From assembly GCA_934255545.1 (NCBI GenBank), contig CAKQOE010000003.1:24813-88812 (forward strand): a stretch of DNA of 64,000 nt, written 5' to 3'. The DNA comes from an uncultured Clostridia bacterium (lineage in GTDB: Bacteria > Bacillota > Clostridia > Peptostreptococcales > Anaerovoracaceae). The translations under genes were made by a program, and so were the position numbers. The notes under the pieces are model-generated. The model searched no databases, had not been told where the DNA came from, and saw nothing but the letters and a program-made list of their open reading frames with translations. Every line of letters begins with the position of its first letter. Within the stretch, counting starts at the first letter, position 1. This document shows, one piece after another, positions 1-9,972 of the stretch.

Positions 1-380
1 CAGAGAGACTTTTTTCGGGGCTTGATAAGGCTATGGAATATATAGACGGCTCATATGCGGATATATTTGCAGTAAGCGGTAGCGAGCACAGGAGAGTGCC
101 TGTAGATGATATAATTTACATAATGAATGAAAACCGCAAAGTAGTAATAGTGACAGATTCAGAGAAGATGATCACAAAAGATAGTATTGATATATGGTGT
201 GAAAGGCTGCCGTCACATTTCTTTTTTCAGGTGCATAGATCATTTCTGGTAAATCTGCATTATATAGATAAATATTCAAATAATGAAATAATATTAAAAG
301 ATGGCACGAATATAACTATAGCGCCGCGTCGCCGCGGCGAATTCAGAAAATACTGGTTTGAATACATCAGGAGGTTATAG
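1..380 (+). CDS. LytTR-domain response regulator, C-terminal part (5' truncated by window edge)
   Basis: ORF 33..380 has LytTR DNA-binding domain sequence (FFQVHRSFLVNLHYI, TNITIAPRRRGEF). The reading frame stays open upstream to position 3, so the receiver domain probably lies outside the window. Directly followed by a GHKL kinase. Confidence 0.6.
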   Translation, partial: ERLFSGLDKAMEYIDGSYADIFAVSGSEHRRVPVDDIIYIMNENRKVVIVTDSEKMITKDSIDIWCERLPSHFFFQVHRSFLVNLHYIDKYSNNEIILKDGTNITIAPRRRGEFRKYWFEYIRRL

Positions 381-383
381 TGT

Positions 384-1664
384 ATGCTCGATCCTGTTAT
401 ATCTTTTTTAGTTTATGGTACAGAAGCTGTAATTTCATATGTGTTTTTTTCAAATCTTGCACAGAAAAAATATTCTGCAATGAAAACGTTTCTGTACAGT
501 ATTATGCTGTTTGCATGGGGAGCCTCGGTAAACCTCATGTTTCAGAATAATATATTTATAAATCTTGTTGTATTTACGTTGATAGATTTTATATATGCAA
601 GGATAGCGTTCAGGATAACATACAGAGATGCGATATTTTTTGCTGTTATACTGACTGCGATTGCAGGGTTGATGGAATTTGTAGCGATATTTCTGGTATC
701 AGCATTTACAGGAAGTGCTGCATCAGAATATAACGATGATTTTTCATTATTCATGCTCGAGTGTCCCATCAGTAAGATGCTTTACTTTATAGCTGCTGTG
801 GCATTATCAAGGTTTGTAGGTACAAGGCAGGATCAAGGCAAGCTGCCGGCAATACTTTTTATGTATCCGGTAACTTGCATGGGATGCATATGTATATTCT
901 GGTATATAGGTCTGCAGGGGCATATCAGTACACGTATACAGTTTGTGCTTTCAGCAGCAAGTCTGCTCCTTTCTGTTTCATCTATGATACTGTTTGCAAC
1001 ATGGCATGAGCATATAGATCAGGAAAATGAACTGCTTGAGATGAAGAGCGAGATGATGCGCACAGAGAAGGAAAAGGCATATTATGACATACTTGACCGG
1101 CAGAATCAGGAACTCATGATATACGCTCATGATGCGAAAAATCATCTTGCTGCCATGCAGCGACTCAGTGGTGATGTAAGGCTGGATGAATATATATCAA
1201 AAATGTCAGACAGACTACAGGAGTACACAAGTAGCTGCCACAGCGGTAATATGATGCTGGATGTAATGACAGATAAGTACGTCTCCGAGGCAAAGCTGCG
1301 CGGCGTCAGATTTACATACGAGGTAAGAGCGTGCAATTTCAGTCAAATGGACGATTTTGATCTTGTAGCAGTATTTGGAAATCTAATGGACAATGCAATG
1401 ACCGCTGCCGAAAAAAGCTCAGAAAAGCGTCTGACGCTTGAAACAGGCTGGCGAAACAATTACAGTGTCGCGGTCATAAGGAACAGCTGTGATACAAGAC
1501 CAAAAACAAACAAAGGAAGACTCGTTACAACAAAACCGGACAGCCGATTGCACGGCTATGGTCTTAAAAGCGTAGCAAATACGCTGAAAAAATACGATGG
1601 AGACTCGGACTGGGATTATGATGAAGAAAAGCATGAATTTATAACTACTCTCATGATAAAGTGA
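384..1664 (+). CDS. AgrC/LytS-type (HPK10-like) membrane sensor histidine kinase
   Basis: N-terminal half is multi-TM hydrophobic. H-box (IYAHDAKNHLAAMQRL) and N-box (FGNLMDNAMTAAEK) of a GHKL ATPase. Start overlaps the LytTR regulator stop region (operonic). Confidence 0.7.
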   Translation: MLDPVISFLVYGTEAVISYVFFSNLAQKKYSAMKTFLYSIMLFAWGASVNLMFQNNIFINLVVFTLIDFIYARIAFRITYRDAIFFAVILTAIAGLMEFVAIFLVSAFTGSAASEYNDDFSLFMLECPISKMLYFIAAVALSRFVGTRQDQGKLPAILFMYPVTCMGCICIFWYIGLQGHISTRIQFVLSAASLLLSVSSMILFATWHEHIDQENELLEMKSEMMRTEKEKAYYDILDRQNQELMIYAHDAKNHLAAMQRLSGDVRLDEYISKMSDRLQEYTSSCHSGNMMLDVMTDKYVSEAKLRGVRFTYEVRACNFSQMDDFDLVAVFGNLMDNAMTAAEKSSEKRLTLETGWRNNYSVAVIRNSCDTRPKTNKGRLVTTKPDSRLHGYGLKSVANTLKKYDGDSDWDYDEEKHEFITTLMIK

Positions 1665-1684
1665 ATTACAAACAGCGATAATCA

Positions 1685-1716
1685 AAAAAGCACGCGTTGG
1701 CGCGTGCTTTTTTGAT
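1685..1716. terminator. bidirectional intrinsic terminator between convergent kinase and symporter genes
   Basis: Perfect hairpin aaaaaagcacgcg-ttgg-cgcgtgctttttt with A/T runs on both sides. Confidence 0.7.
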
Positions 1717-1727
1717 ACTGAATTGAA

Positions 1728-2966
1728 TTAGTTTAATGACTTAGCAGCCTTGCGGGCAACGCGTTTTTCTTCGAGTCTTGAAACTACGATAGCGCAGGCT
1801 GCGTCGCCTGTGATGTTAAGCGTTGTACGGCCCATGTCGAATATTCTGTCAACGCCTGCAACGAGTGCGATACCGTCGATAGGAAGACCTACGCTTGTGA
1901 GGACCATTGCGAGCATTACCATGCCTGCGCCCGGAACACCTGCAGTACCGATAGAAGCGAGAGTCGCAGTCAGTACGATAGTGAGCATCTGAGCGAAAGT
2001 CAGGTCGATGCCGTAGCATGAAGCGATGAATATAGAGCATACGCCCTGGTAGATCGCCGTTCCGTCCATGTTTATAGTCGCGCCGAGCGGAAGTATGAAT
2101 GATGAGTATTCTCTCTTTACGCCGAGCTTTTCAGTGCATTCCATGTTGAGCGGGAGCGTTCCCATAGATGAAGCTGATGAGAATGCAAATATGATGGCAG
2201 GAGCCATGCCCTTGAAGAATGTAAGCGGCGACATTTTGCCGAGTGCTGATACTGACAGCGAGTATACAAGTACAGCGTGTATGATGTAGCATATATAAGC
2301 TACAAGGATGACCATTGCGAGAGACTGCAGGATCATCGGGCCGTTTTCAGCGACTACCGGACAGAGCAGACAGAATACACCTATAGGCGAGAGCCTGAGT
2401 ATCAGTTCCATGACGTTCATGAAAACATCGTTGAAGCTTTCGATCACTTCAGCGGCTTTCCGGCCTTTTTCACCTGATATGAGTATGCCGAAGCTTATGA
2501 GTATGGCCATGACGATGACCTGGAGCATAGTAGCGTCAGACATCGGAGCTATGAAGTTTGAAGGGAATATATTTACAAATGTATCCATAAAGCTCTGCGC
2601 CTCGTTTGCAGCCTCATACGTGAGGTCAGATGTAGAGAGCGCAGGGAAGAATCCCTTTGTGAGGTTTGCGATGATAAGACCTATAGTGATGGCGAATGCT
2701 GTCGTTACCATATAATAAACTACTGTCTTCCAGCCGATCGAACCGACCCTCTTTATGTCCTTCATGGAAATAACGCCGACCATGATAGAGAAGAGCACGA
2801 TAGGCACTACGATGAATTTGAGAAGGTTGAGGAAGATGGTACCGAACGGTTTGATGTAAGAATTGGCGAATTCAACGTGATTCACCATAAGCACGCCGGC
2901 GATGATCGCCAGCAGCAGAGCGATGAATATCTGCCCTGCGAGCGAAATTTTTTTGATTTTTTTCAA
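1728..2966 (-). CDS. dicarboxylate/amino acid:cation symporter (DAACS family, GltP/SstT-like)
   Basis: 412 aa, roughly 8-10 TM. N-terminus MKKIKKISLAGQIFIALLLAIIAGVLM and internal re-entrant-loop-like Ser/Gly-rich segments typical of the sodium:dicarboxylate symporter family. RBS GGAGGAG just upstream on the minus strand. Confidence 0.65.
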   Translation of the reverse strand: MKKIKKISLAGQIFIALLLAIIAGVLMVNHVEFANSYIKPFGTIFLNLLKFIVVPIVLFSIMVGVISMKDIKRVGSIGWKTVVYYMVTTAFAITIGLIIANLTKGFFPALSTSDLTYEAANEAQSFMDTFVNIFPSNFIAPMSDATMLQVIVMAILISFGILISGEKGRKAAEVIESFNDVFMNVMELILRLSPIGVFCLLCPVVAENGPMILQSLAMVILVAYICYIIHAVLVYSLSVSALGKMSPLTFFKGMAPAIIFAFSSASSMGTLPLNMECTEKLGVKREYSSFILPLGATINMDGTAIYQGVCSIFIASCYGIDLTFAQMLTIVLTATLASIGTAGVPGAGMVMLAMVLTSVGLPIDGIALVAGVDRIFDMGRTTLNITGDAACAIVVSRLEEKRVARKAAKSLN

Positions 2967-3308
2967 TTTTCTCCTCCTGATATAGCAGCCGTAGGCGTGA
3001 CGTCGCTGTGCGCGCCGGAGGCTTTGTATATGAGACCGTATGCATAGCTACGACATCCCGACAATTATACATTATTATCAGTTTAGCTGTAAATAAATAT
3101 TTTGAGTAAAGTATATCTTTGAAAACAAAAATTGAGAAAAACCGCTTTCTGCAAGGGTTGAACGAATAATAAATATAATATATACTGAATCAAATATACA
3201 TTAATAAATGCAGCAGGACGCGTCTGCCCGGCAGACATCAGGCGCCCGTCGCGGGCGCTTTGCCTGATCATTTAAAGGTAAGATATTTAAGGAGGAATTA
3301 TTGAATAT

Positions 3309-5168
3309 ATGTCGTTCAAAGATGATGTAAAAAACAGGATAATGGTGCTTGACGGCGCGATGGGAACGTATTTCGCAGCCAAAAGAAGTGATTATGCGAA
3401 GCCTTGCGAGCTTGCGAACATAGATATGCCAAATACTGTAAAAGATATACATATGGCGTACATAAATGCAGGATGCGATGCCATAAAGACAAATACATTT
3501 ATGGTAAACCCGATGAATCCGATATATGAAGGTGACCTCGAGCTGATGAAAAACGTAGTCAAAGCAGGATGGCGCATAGCTCAGTCTGCTGCTGCCGAGG
3601 CGTCAAAGGATGGAAAAAACGTATCTGTATTTGCTGATATCGGTCCGATGCCTGCAGGAGCAAAGGGCGACAGCGCCGTAAAAGCTGCAGCGTTTGAAAA
3701 GGTCTGCGATATTTTTATAGCGTGCGGCGCCAAAAATTTTATCTTTGAGACTAACAGCAGCGATGAAGGCATAGCAGAGGCTGCGGAGTATATAAAGGAA
3801 AATGTCGATGATGCTTTCGTGCTTGTCTCTTTTGCGGCTCAGCCGGACGGATATACGCGCGACGGTATGTTCGTAAAGGATCTTGCGGCAAGGGTATCAG
3901 CGTGCAGTGCTGTAGACGCTGTAGGCCTTAACTGCGTTTCAAGCGCGCTTCATATGCGCAGCCTCATGGATATAATGGCGCCTGCTGTCGCAGAGGGCGG
4001 AAAGCTGCTTGCTGTAATGCCTAACGCCGGTTATCCTAAGGTCATAAACAACAGAGTGTTTTATGACAGCGATCCGGTGTATTTTGCCGAGCAGACTGCA
4101 CTTATGATCGACAGCGGAGTCGTTATAGCAGGCGGCTGTTGCGGAACTACTGAGGAACACATAAAGGCGCTTGCAATGAAGGCTTCTGAGATAAACAGCG
4201 GCGAAAAGGCTCCGGCGAAGGTGCGTGTAAATGTTTCAAAGACAGCCGGCGCCGCAGGCGCGGGCGCTCTGGCGGCACATGACACAGAACACAACGTATT
4301 TGCGCGCAGACTTGAGAGGGGCGAAAAGGTCATAGCCGTGGAGCTCGACCCGCCGAGAAACGCAGACAGCGCCAAATACATGGCAGGCGCGTGGACGCTG
4401 AAGGCAGCAGGCGTAGACGCTATAACTATAGCAGACTGCGCTACGGCGCGCGCAAGCATGGACAGCAGCATCATGGCGTGCAAGCTCAGACGCGAGCTGG
4501 GCATCGACGCCATACCGCATATGACGTGCCGCGACCGCAATCTGAACGCTACGAAGGCCCTTCTTCTTGCGCTTTCGACCGAAGGTGTTTCAAACGTACT
4601 GACAGTTACGGGAGATCCTGTTCCATCGGCGGAACGCGACGAGGTAAAAAGCGTTTTCCAGTTTAATTCGCGTATGCTTGCTTCATATATAAAGTCGCTC
4701 AACGAAAATGAGTTCTCGCGCCCTATAAGGGTATACGGTGCGCTCAATATAAATGCGAAGAATTTCGACAGAGAACTGGAAAGAACTGTTAAAAAAGTAG
4801 AGAACGGTATGTGGGGATTCCTGACTCAGCCTGTTTTGACTGAAGAGGCTATGGAAAACCTTAACAAGGCGCATGAGAGGCTCGCACCGCTCGGCGCAAA
4901 GCTCCTCGGCGGCATAATACCCGTAGTGAGCAGCAGGAACGCGCGCTTCATGAACAGCGAGATAAGCGGAATAACAGTAGACCAGCGCATCATCGACATC
5001 TATGAAGGAAAGACGCGCGATGAGTGCACGGAGCTTGCAGTCGATATTTCCACGGACATAGCGAAGCGCATCGCGGGCTTCTGTGACGGTTACTACCTGA
5101 TGACGCCGTTCTCAAGGACAGACATAATGAGCCGCCTTGTCGGTAATATAAAAGAAATGAATAAATAG
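3309..5168 (+). CDS. bifunctional homocysteine S-methyltransferase / 5,10-methylenetetrahydrofolate reductase (YitJ-like)
   Basis: 619 aa. N-terminal Hcy-binding methyltransferase domain (MVLDGAMGT, GGCCGTT). C-terminal MetF-like domain (IAVELDPPR, HMTCRDRN). RBS AAGGAGG upstream. Confidence 0.75.
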   Translation: MSFKDDVKNRIMVLDGAMGTYFAAKRSDYAKPCELANIDMPNTVKDIHMAYINAGCDAIKTNTFMVNPMNPIYEGDLELMKNVVKAGWRIAQSAAAEASKDGKNVSVFADIGPMPAGAKGDSAVKAAAFEKVCDIFIACGAKNFIFETNSSDEGIAEAAEYIKENVDDAFVLVSFAAQPDGYTRDGMFVKDLAARVSACSAVDAVGLNCVSSALHMRSLMDIMAPAVAEGGKLLAVMPNAGYPKVINNRVFYDSDPVYFAEQTALMIDSGVVIAGGCCGTTEEHIKALAMKASEINSGEKAPAKVRVNVSKTAGAAGAGALAAHDTEHNVFARRLERGEKVIAVELDPPRNADSAKYMAGAWTLKAAGVDAITIADCATARASMDSSIMACKLRRELGIDAIPHMTCRDRNLNATKALLLALSTEGVSNVLTVTGDPVPSAERDEVKSVFQFNSRMLASYIKSLNENEFSRPIRVYGALNINAKNFDRELERTVKKVENGMWGFLTQPVLTEEAMENLNKAHERLAPLGAKLLGGIIPVVSSRNARFMNSEISGITVDQRIIDIYEGKTRDECTELAVDISTDIAKRIAGFCDGYYLMTPFSRTDIMSRLVGNIKEMNK

Positions 5169-5204
5169 ATCAAAAACAAAGCGTCAGCCGGGCTGACGTA
5201 AATA

Positions 5205-5245
5205 TGACCGCTGAGACGTAATGAGCTTCAGCGGTCATTTGCTTT
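5205..5245. terminator. bidirectional intrinsic terminator between convergent genes
   Basis: Hairpin atgaccgctga...tcagcggtcat followed by a T-rich stretch. Lies between the YitJ-like stop and the methyltransferase stop. Confidence 0.6.
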
Positions 5246-5261
5246 ACAGAAATTATGATAT

Positions 5262-6062
5262 TTATTTTATAAGTATATCAACAGTATGGCGCCCTGAACC
5301 GAGAAGCTCGGGACGCTCGCATGTAGCGAGATGATAGTCGAGGAAAAGCCTGAACGTTTCCTCATCCCATGAGTTGAGCCATGGGCGCATGTAGTGGGCA
5401 GGACCGTCTGCTGATATGAGTTTTTTGCGCCTGAGCCCTGCAGCGTCTGAAAGAGCATATATATCTTCGACGCGGACAAAATCATAAAGATCCTTTTCGT
5501 CAGATATGCAGTGAAAGCTGGCGTCGAGCTTGTTGTTTTTTACGGAATCCTTTATATGCTCTTCACGGAACCCGTGGAAAAGGACGGAATATTCATTCAT
5601 ACAGTATGCGACGAGTATGTATCCGCCGGGCTTGGTGACGCGCTTTGCTTCATTTAAAGCGCGAAGCTTTTCATCAAATGTAAAAAGATGGTACATCGGC
5701 CCGAAAAGCAGCGTTATGTCAAATTCATCATCTGCCAGCTTTTTCAGGTTCAGCGCGTTTCCCTGTATGGCTTTTACATTGTCGCCTTTTGAGCGGAGTA
5801 TGCCGAGATTGTACTTTACAAGCTCTACAGCGGTCACGTCATGGCCTGCATCGGCAAGAGCAAACGAGTATCTGCCGGTGCCGGCGCCTATATCTGCTAT
5901 CTTAAGATGCTCCCGTCCTGCGATGCATTCGTTTATGTATTTCATGGATGTAGTGAATTCTACTATGCCACGGCGCTGGCCGAGGCGTTTTTCCTCACTG
6001 AATTTATTATAATATTTTTCCAGTTCTGTCATTTCAGGCATGGATATTTTATTTCCTTTCAT
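5262..6062 (-). CDS. class I SAM-dependent methyltransferase
   Basis: Motif I ADIGAGTGRYSFALADAG and post-I acidic residue (DVTAVELV). 266 aa. Confidence 0.7.
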   Translation of the reverse strand: MKGNKISMPEMTELEKYYNKFSEEKRLGQRRGIVEFTTSMKYINECIAGREHLKIADIGAGTGRYSFALADAGHDVTAVELVKYNLGILRSKGDNVKAIQGNALNLKKLADDEFDITLLFGPMYHLFTFDEKLRALNEAKRVTKPGGYILVAYCMNEYSVLFHGFREEHIKDSVKNNKLDASFHCISDEKDLYDFVRVEDIYALSDAAGLRRKKLISADGPAHYMRPWLNSWDEETFRLFLDYHLATCERPELLGSGRHTVDILIK

Positions 6063-6405
6063 TAATTGATCTTATGGATCTATTGTAATGCCCTTTGCAT
6101 ACCTTTTCAAGTTTGTAAAATTTATTTTGTTCCGGCAAAAATCCCTGTAATTTCCTCAAAAAACACGTTGACCTTCCTGTAAAGTGTAAACTTTATAATA
6201 TAAAAGTAATATTCTGATAGATCATTATGACGAGCGCCGGCCAGGCCGGCGGGCATGATGTCAGTTGATGATACTAATGAATACAACTGATGAGCAGATC
6301 AGAGATAATAGTCAATATCCGGCGCCGGGCGACGGCAGTTACTGTGAAGCTTATCTTGTTGACTCGATCGTTTATAAAATTATTTATTATTGAAGGAGTA
6401 GAATT

Positions 6406-7209
6406 ATGGGCAGTGGAATAGTAAGAGGATTTTATAAGGGCCTCGATGATATTTTTGCGCGCAATGATACTCAGGCAGCGAAAAACTATATAGAGATATG
6501 GCTCAAGACAGCAAGGGCTAACAGCAACAGAGAGCTTGAGCTTGCTACATGCAATGAGCTCGGAGGCGTATGCCGCGTGCTTGGAGACCAGGAACGCGCG
6601 AAGCAGCTTTACGAAAGAGCGCTTGAACTCATAATCGCGCTCAGACTGACAGGCACGGATAACCATGCTGTAACGCTCATAAACGCCGGGGACGTGTATA
6701 TCGTAACGGGCGACTATGAGACGGCGCTTCATTATTTCCTGCAGGCGCAGCAGATACTGACGGCTATAGATATGGACGGCGACTACCGTATGGCGGCGCT
6801 GTGCAACAATATAAGCATGGTATACCGCTATCAGGGAAAGCTTGCTGAGGCAGAGGAAGCGCTCAACAGAGCGTTTGATATCATAAAAGGCCTGCCTGAG
6901 TGCCGTCCTGAGATGGCGACGACGCTTGTAAATCTCGGCGAGCTTCAGCTCAAGCAGCAAAAATACACGATGTCTGAGGAAAGCTTTAAAAACGCGATCA
7001 TGATATATGAAAAGGAGCTCGGAGGGCGTGACCCGCATCTTCCGTCAGCGTACTCAGGCCTCGGTCATCTTTATTATGTGACCGGACGCCTCGGCGAATC
7101 AGAATCGGCATACGTGCGCGCTCTCGCGCTTGCTGAGGCGCAGTTCGGCAAAAACGACGCTTACAGGATAATAAGCAGAAATCTTGATACGGTAAGAAAA
7201 GCAGGCTGA
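6406..7209 (+). CDS. tetratricopeptide (TPR) repeat protein
   Basis: Repeated 34-aa TPR-like units (AxxxYxxAL..., NLGELQLKQQKY, GLGHLYYVTGRLGESESAYVRAL). RBS GAAGGAG upstream. Confidence 0.6.
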   Translation: MGSGIVRGFYKGLDDIFARNDTQAAKNYIEIWLKTARANSNRELELATCNELGGVCRVLGDQERAKQLYERALELIIALRLTGTDNHAVTLINAGDVYIVTGDYETALHYFLQAQQILTAIDMDGDYRMAALCNNISMVYRYQGKLAEAEEALNRAFDIIKGLPECRPEMATTLVNLGELQLKQQKYTMSEESFKNAIMIYEKELGGRDPHLPSAYSGLGHLYYVTGRLGESESAYVRALALAEAQFGKNDAYRIISRNLDTVRKAG

Positions 7210-7294
7210 TATCGCGCGCCGGCGCGCGTGATGACATAGTGATGAACATATTTATTATTGATATATGATTTAAAATTACGGAGAATTTTAAAAA

Positions 7295-8227
7295 ATGAAA
7301 GGAATGGAACTCAGCAGAAAGTATTTCGATGAATACGGTCTGCCTATGCTAAAGCAGAAATTCCCGCAGTACATCGACAAAATGGCAGCAGGCCTTGCAG
7401 GTGAAGGCTCAGAATGCCTTGGATTTGACGATGAATACTCGCAGGATCACGATTTCGGAGCAGGCTTCTGTATATGGCTGCCCGATGATCTTTACAGGAG
7501 CATCGGCGCTGAGATACAAAAAGAGTATGACAGACTTCCTGAAACATATATGGGCATAAGCCGCAATATAACGGCTATGAATCCCGGAAGGACCGGGGCT
7601 ATGTCTACGGAAGACTTTTATTTCAGGTATACCGGGCTCAGGCGCGCGCCTCAGGATAACATGGAGTGGTTCAGGATACCGGAGCATTTTCTCGCTACTG
7701 TCACGAACGGTCAGGTATTTATGGACAGGCTCGGGCAGTTTACAGATATACGGACGGCGCTGCTCGGATATTATCCGGAGGACGTACTCCGAAAGAAGCT
7801 GGCAGCCAGATGCGCTGTGATGGCGCAGGCCGGTCAGTATAATTATCCCCGCTGCATAAAGCGCGGTGAGCGCTCGGCGGCGTACCTTGCATGCGCTGAG
7901 TTTATAAAAGCGGCGCTGTCTGCGGTCTATCTTCTCAACCGCAGGTATATGCCGTTTTACAAGTGGTCGTTTCGCGGTACAGACGATCTGCCTTTGCTGA
8001 AAAACGCAGCTTCTGCTCTCAGAAAACTCTCTCTCGCTGACGATGCCGGAGCACATGATACAGCAAAGCAGGATCTTATAGAAAGCATCTGCATAGATGT
8101 CATACGCGAAATGAACAGACAGCACCTTACATATGTTACTGAAACGTTTATGGAGGCGCAGGCGCTCGACCTGATGAAGGGCGTGAGTGATACACGAATT
8201 TCATCGATGCATATACTTGCAGATTAA
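7295..8227 (+). CDS. conserved hypothetical protein
   Basis: 310 aa ORF with good RBS context (GGAGAAT...ATG). Coding-like composition. No recognisable catalytic motif. Confidence 0.4.
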   Translation: MKGMELSRKYFDEYGLPMLKQKFPQYIDKMAAGLAGEGSECLGFDDEYSQDHDFGAGFCIWLPDDLYRSIGAEIQKEYDRLPETYMGISRNITAMNPGRTGAMSTEDFYFRYTGLRRAPQDNMEWFRIPEHFLATVTNGQVFMDRLGQFTDIRTALLGYYPEDVLRKKLAARCAVMAQAGQYNYPRCIKRGERSAAYLACAEFIKAALSAVYLLNRRYMPFYKWSFRGTDDLPLLKNAASALRKLSLADDAGAHDTAKQDLIESICIDVIREMNRQHLTYVTETFMEAQALDLMKGVSDTRISSMHILAD

Positions 8228-8252
8228 AATAAATATTGATAATCAATGAATA

Positions 8253-8280
8253 CAGCCGCGCAGGCGCGGAGCGTTTATTG
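8253..8280 (+). terminator. intrinsic terminator after hypothetical gene
   Basis: Hairpin ccgcgcaggcgcgg followed by tttatt. Confidence 0.5.
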
Positions 8281-8407
8281 GTCATTGATGTGAAAATTCG
8301 ATTGCTTTTATGAAGGTTACAATATATTATATAACAGGTAAGATTTTATTGTGTTTTACTTTGTTTATAATAAAAATATGTGACTTTCTGTTGGAAAGGA
8401 GTAGTTT

Positions 8408-8788
8408 ATGTCGGCTAAAACGGCATACATACTGCTTGTTATCTCTATACTTTTTGAACAGATAGGAACAGGCTTTCTTGAGGCTACTAAAGCGTTTACG
8501 TTTTTAAAGCCTACGATCATTGTGATCGTTGCATACGTTATATCATATATACTCTTCTCAAAGCTTCTTGAGAAGATAAACCTGAGCGTGGCGTACGCGA
8601 CATGGACGGCTTTAGGCACGATAAGTGCGGCGCTTATAGGACTTATAGCATATAAGCAGGTCATATCCGTAACAGGATGGATAGCTATATTTATCATGTG
8701 CGCCGGTATAGTCATACTTAATCTTTTCGGTACGCCGAAGGAAGAAAAAGGCGGTGACGGAAAAAAGAACGGGGGTGATGCTGAATGA
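8408..8788 (+). CDS. small multidrug resistance (SMR) family transporter subunit
   Basis: 126 aa, 4 TM. Conserved membrane-embedded Glu in TM1 (ILFEQIGTGFLEATK) typical of EmrE/SugE/Gdx. Overlaps the next SMR gene by 4 nt (paired heterodimeric SMR arrangement). Confidence 0.7.
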   Translation: MSAKTAYILLVISILFEQIGTGFLEATKAFTFLKPTIIVIVAYVISYILFSKLLEKINLSVAYATWTALGTISAALIGLIAYKQVISVTGWIAIFIMCAGIVILNLFGTPKEEKGGDGKKNGGDAE

Positions 8789-9111
8789 GTATCGTAACAG
8801 CATATTTCCTTCTCGGAGTTTCAGTCATCACTGAGATCATTGCGACATCGACGCTTCCGGCTACAAAGGGATTTACAAAGCTCAAACCGAGCCTTGTATC
8901 TGTGATCGGATATGTAGTATGTTTTTACTGCATGGGCATAGCGCTGACGAAGCTCAACCTGGGTATCGCTTATGGCACATGGGGCGCTATCGGTACGGCG
9001 GTGACGCCGATCATAGGCTATATAGCTTACAAACAGAAGACAACAAAAGCAGGCTGGTTCGGAGTGCTTCTTACTGTTATAGGCGTATTTATACTTAACA
9101 TGTACGGCTGA
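8785..9111 (+). CDS. small multidrug resistance (SMR) family transporter subunit (second of pair)
   Basis: 108 aa, 4 TM. TM1 motif VITEIIATSTLPATKGF. Confidence 0.7.
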   Translation: MSIVTAYFLLGVSVITEIIATSTLPATKGFTKLKPSLVSVIGYVVCFYCMGIALTKLNLGIAYGTWGAIGTAVTPIIGYIAYKQKTTKAGWFGVLLTVIGVFILNMYG

Positions 9112-9312
9112 TGCTCCGCGCTTGCGCAGCAATATCCGACGGCAGCATCCGGTGGCAGCGTTCAGACGGTAAACAGATAAAACACATGAAAATATTGGTA
9201 TTCATTTTGGATTTGATTTGATTTCAGATGCTTGGAAGCCGCGGTTTTCGGCAGGCATTTTCGAAAATGACCGCTGTCCGGCGCCTGAAAGAGCGTTTCA
9301 GGAGGTTTCTTT

Positions 9313-9966
9313 ATGAGAGAAGACATAAAAATAAAGGCCCGACCGGAAGATGAGATCATAAACGCAGTTATAGAGCGCGAGTGGTCCATGTTTGATAAAG
9401 TTCAGAATATCGGAGGCTGCAGGGCGTCATGCCAGGATGACGAATGGACGTTTTATGCCAACAGATACAGCCAGTTTTCCGCGCTGAGCCAGGAAACTGT
9501 ATTCAGCTATTACAATGACCTGACGCGCGCCATAGAGGACGGCCGTAATGTGATAACAGAAAAATACGCTTATATGATGGAGTTTACGGATCCGGAGTAT
9601 TATCACCGCGAGCTTGAGGCTTCACTTCCTGCCGTACCTGCTGATAATATGGAGCTCGTGCAGCAGATCGTTGAAATACAGCTCAGGCAGGAGAAGGCTT
9701 TCAGAGAGAGATTTCCGTATTTTGCCGGACGAGGCAGAGTCCTTGACAATGACGAAAGCTCATTCACTTCGTTTAAAGTATATAGCATCGGAGAGCTTAA
9801 GACGTATTCATACGATACGTTGAAGCTTTTTTTACGTGACATAAAGCTTACTGACAGAGAGGCGGAACTCAGTCTTTCATACAGGATACATCTGAACACC
9901 GCCCGTTTTTACGGCTACAAAACACTTGATGATGCAGAAAATGCTTTAAGAGAAGGGCGGAGGTAA
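9313..9966 (+). CDS. conserved hypothetical protein
   Basis: 217 aa ORF with RBS GGAGG. No motif recognised. Confidence 0.35.
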   Translation: MREDIKIKARPEDEIINAVIEREWSMFDKVQNIGGCRASCQDDEWTFYANRYSQFSALSQETVFSYYNDLTRAIEDGRNVITEKYAYMMEFTDPEYYHRELEASLPAVPADNMELVQQIVEIQLRQEKAFRERFPYFAGRGRVLDNDESSFTSFKVYSIGELKTYSYDTLKLFLRDIKLTDREAELSLSYRIHLNTARFYGYKTLDDAENALREGRR

Positions 9967-9972
9967 TGTCAA

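Noticed and set aside
3073-3308. Possible SAM (S-box) riboswitch upstream of the YitJ-like methyltransferase/MTHFR gene, as found for B. subtilis yitJ
   Set aside because: None of the conserved S-box blocks (e.g. TCTTATCAAGAGAGG, GGCAACC) are present. The only structure is the gcgtctgcccggcagac / gcccgtcgcgggcgc hairpin pair, and this belongs to the dispersed GC-hairpin repeat family seen elsewhere in the window.
4061-4747. 228-aa and other minus-strand ORFs inside the YitJ-like gene
   Set aside because: Ala/Ser-rich shadow ORFs, antisense to a GC-rich coding region with clear homology on the plus strand.
6274-7038. 254-aa minus-strand ORF
   Set aside because: Completely antisense to the well-supported TPR gene (6406..7209). 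Arg/Leu-rich translation typical of a shadow ORF.
7409-8125. 238-aa minus-strand ORF
   Set aside because: Antisense to the 7295..8227 plus-strand gene. No RBS. Composition is typical of an antisense frame.
8228-8407. Guanidine riboswitch (ykkC / mini-ykkC) upstream of the paired SMR transporter genes
   Set aside because: No ykkC conserved segments or ACGR-loop tandem hairpins. The only hairpin is a terminator for the preceding gene.
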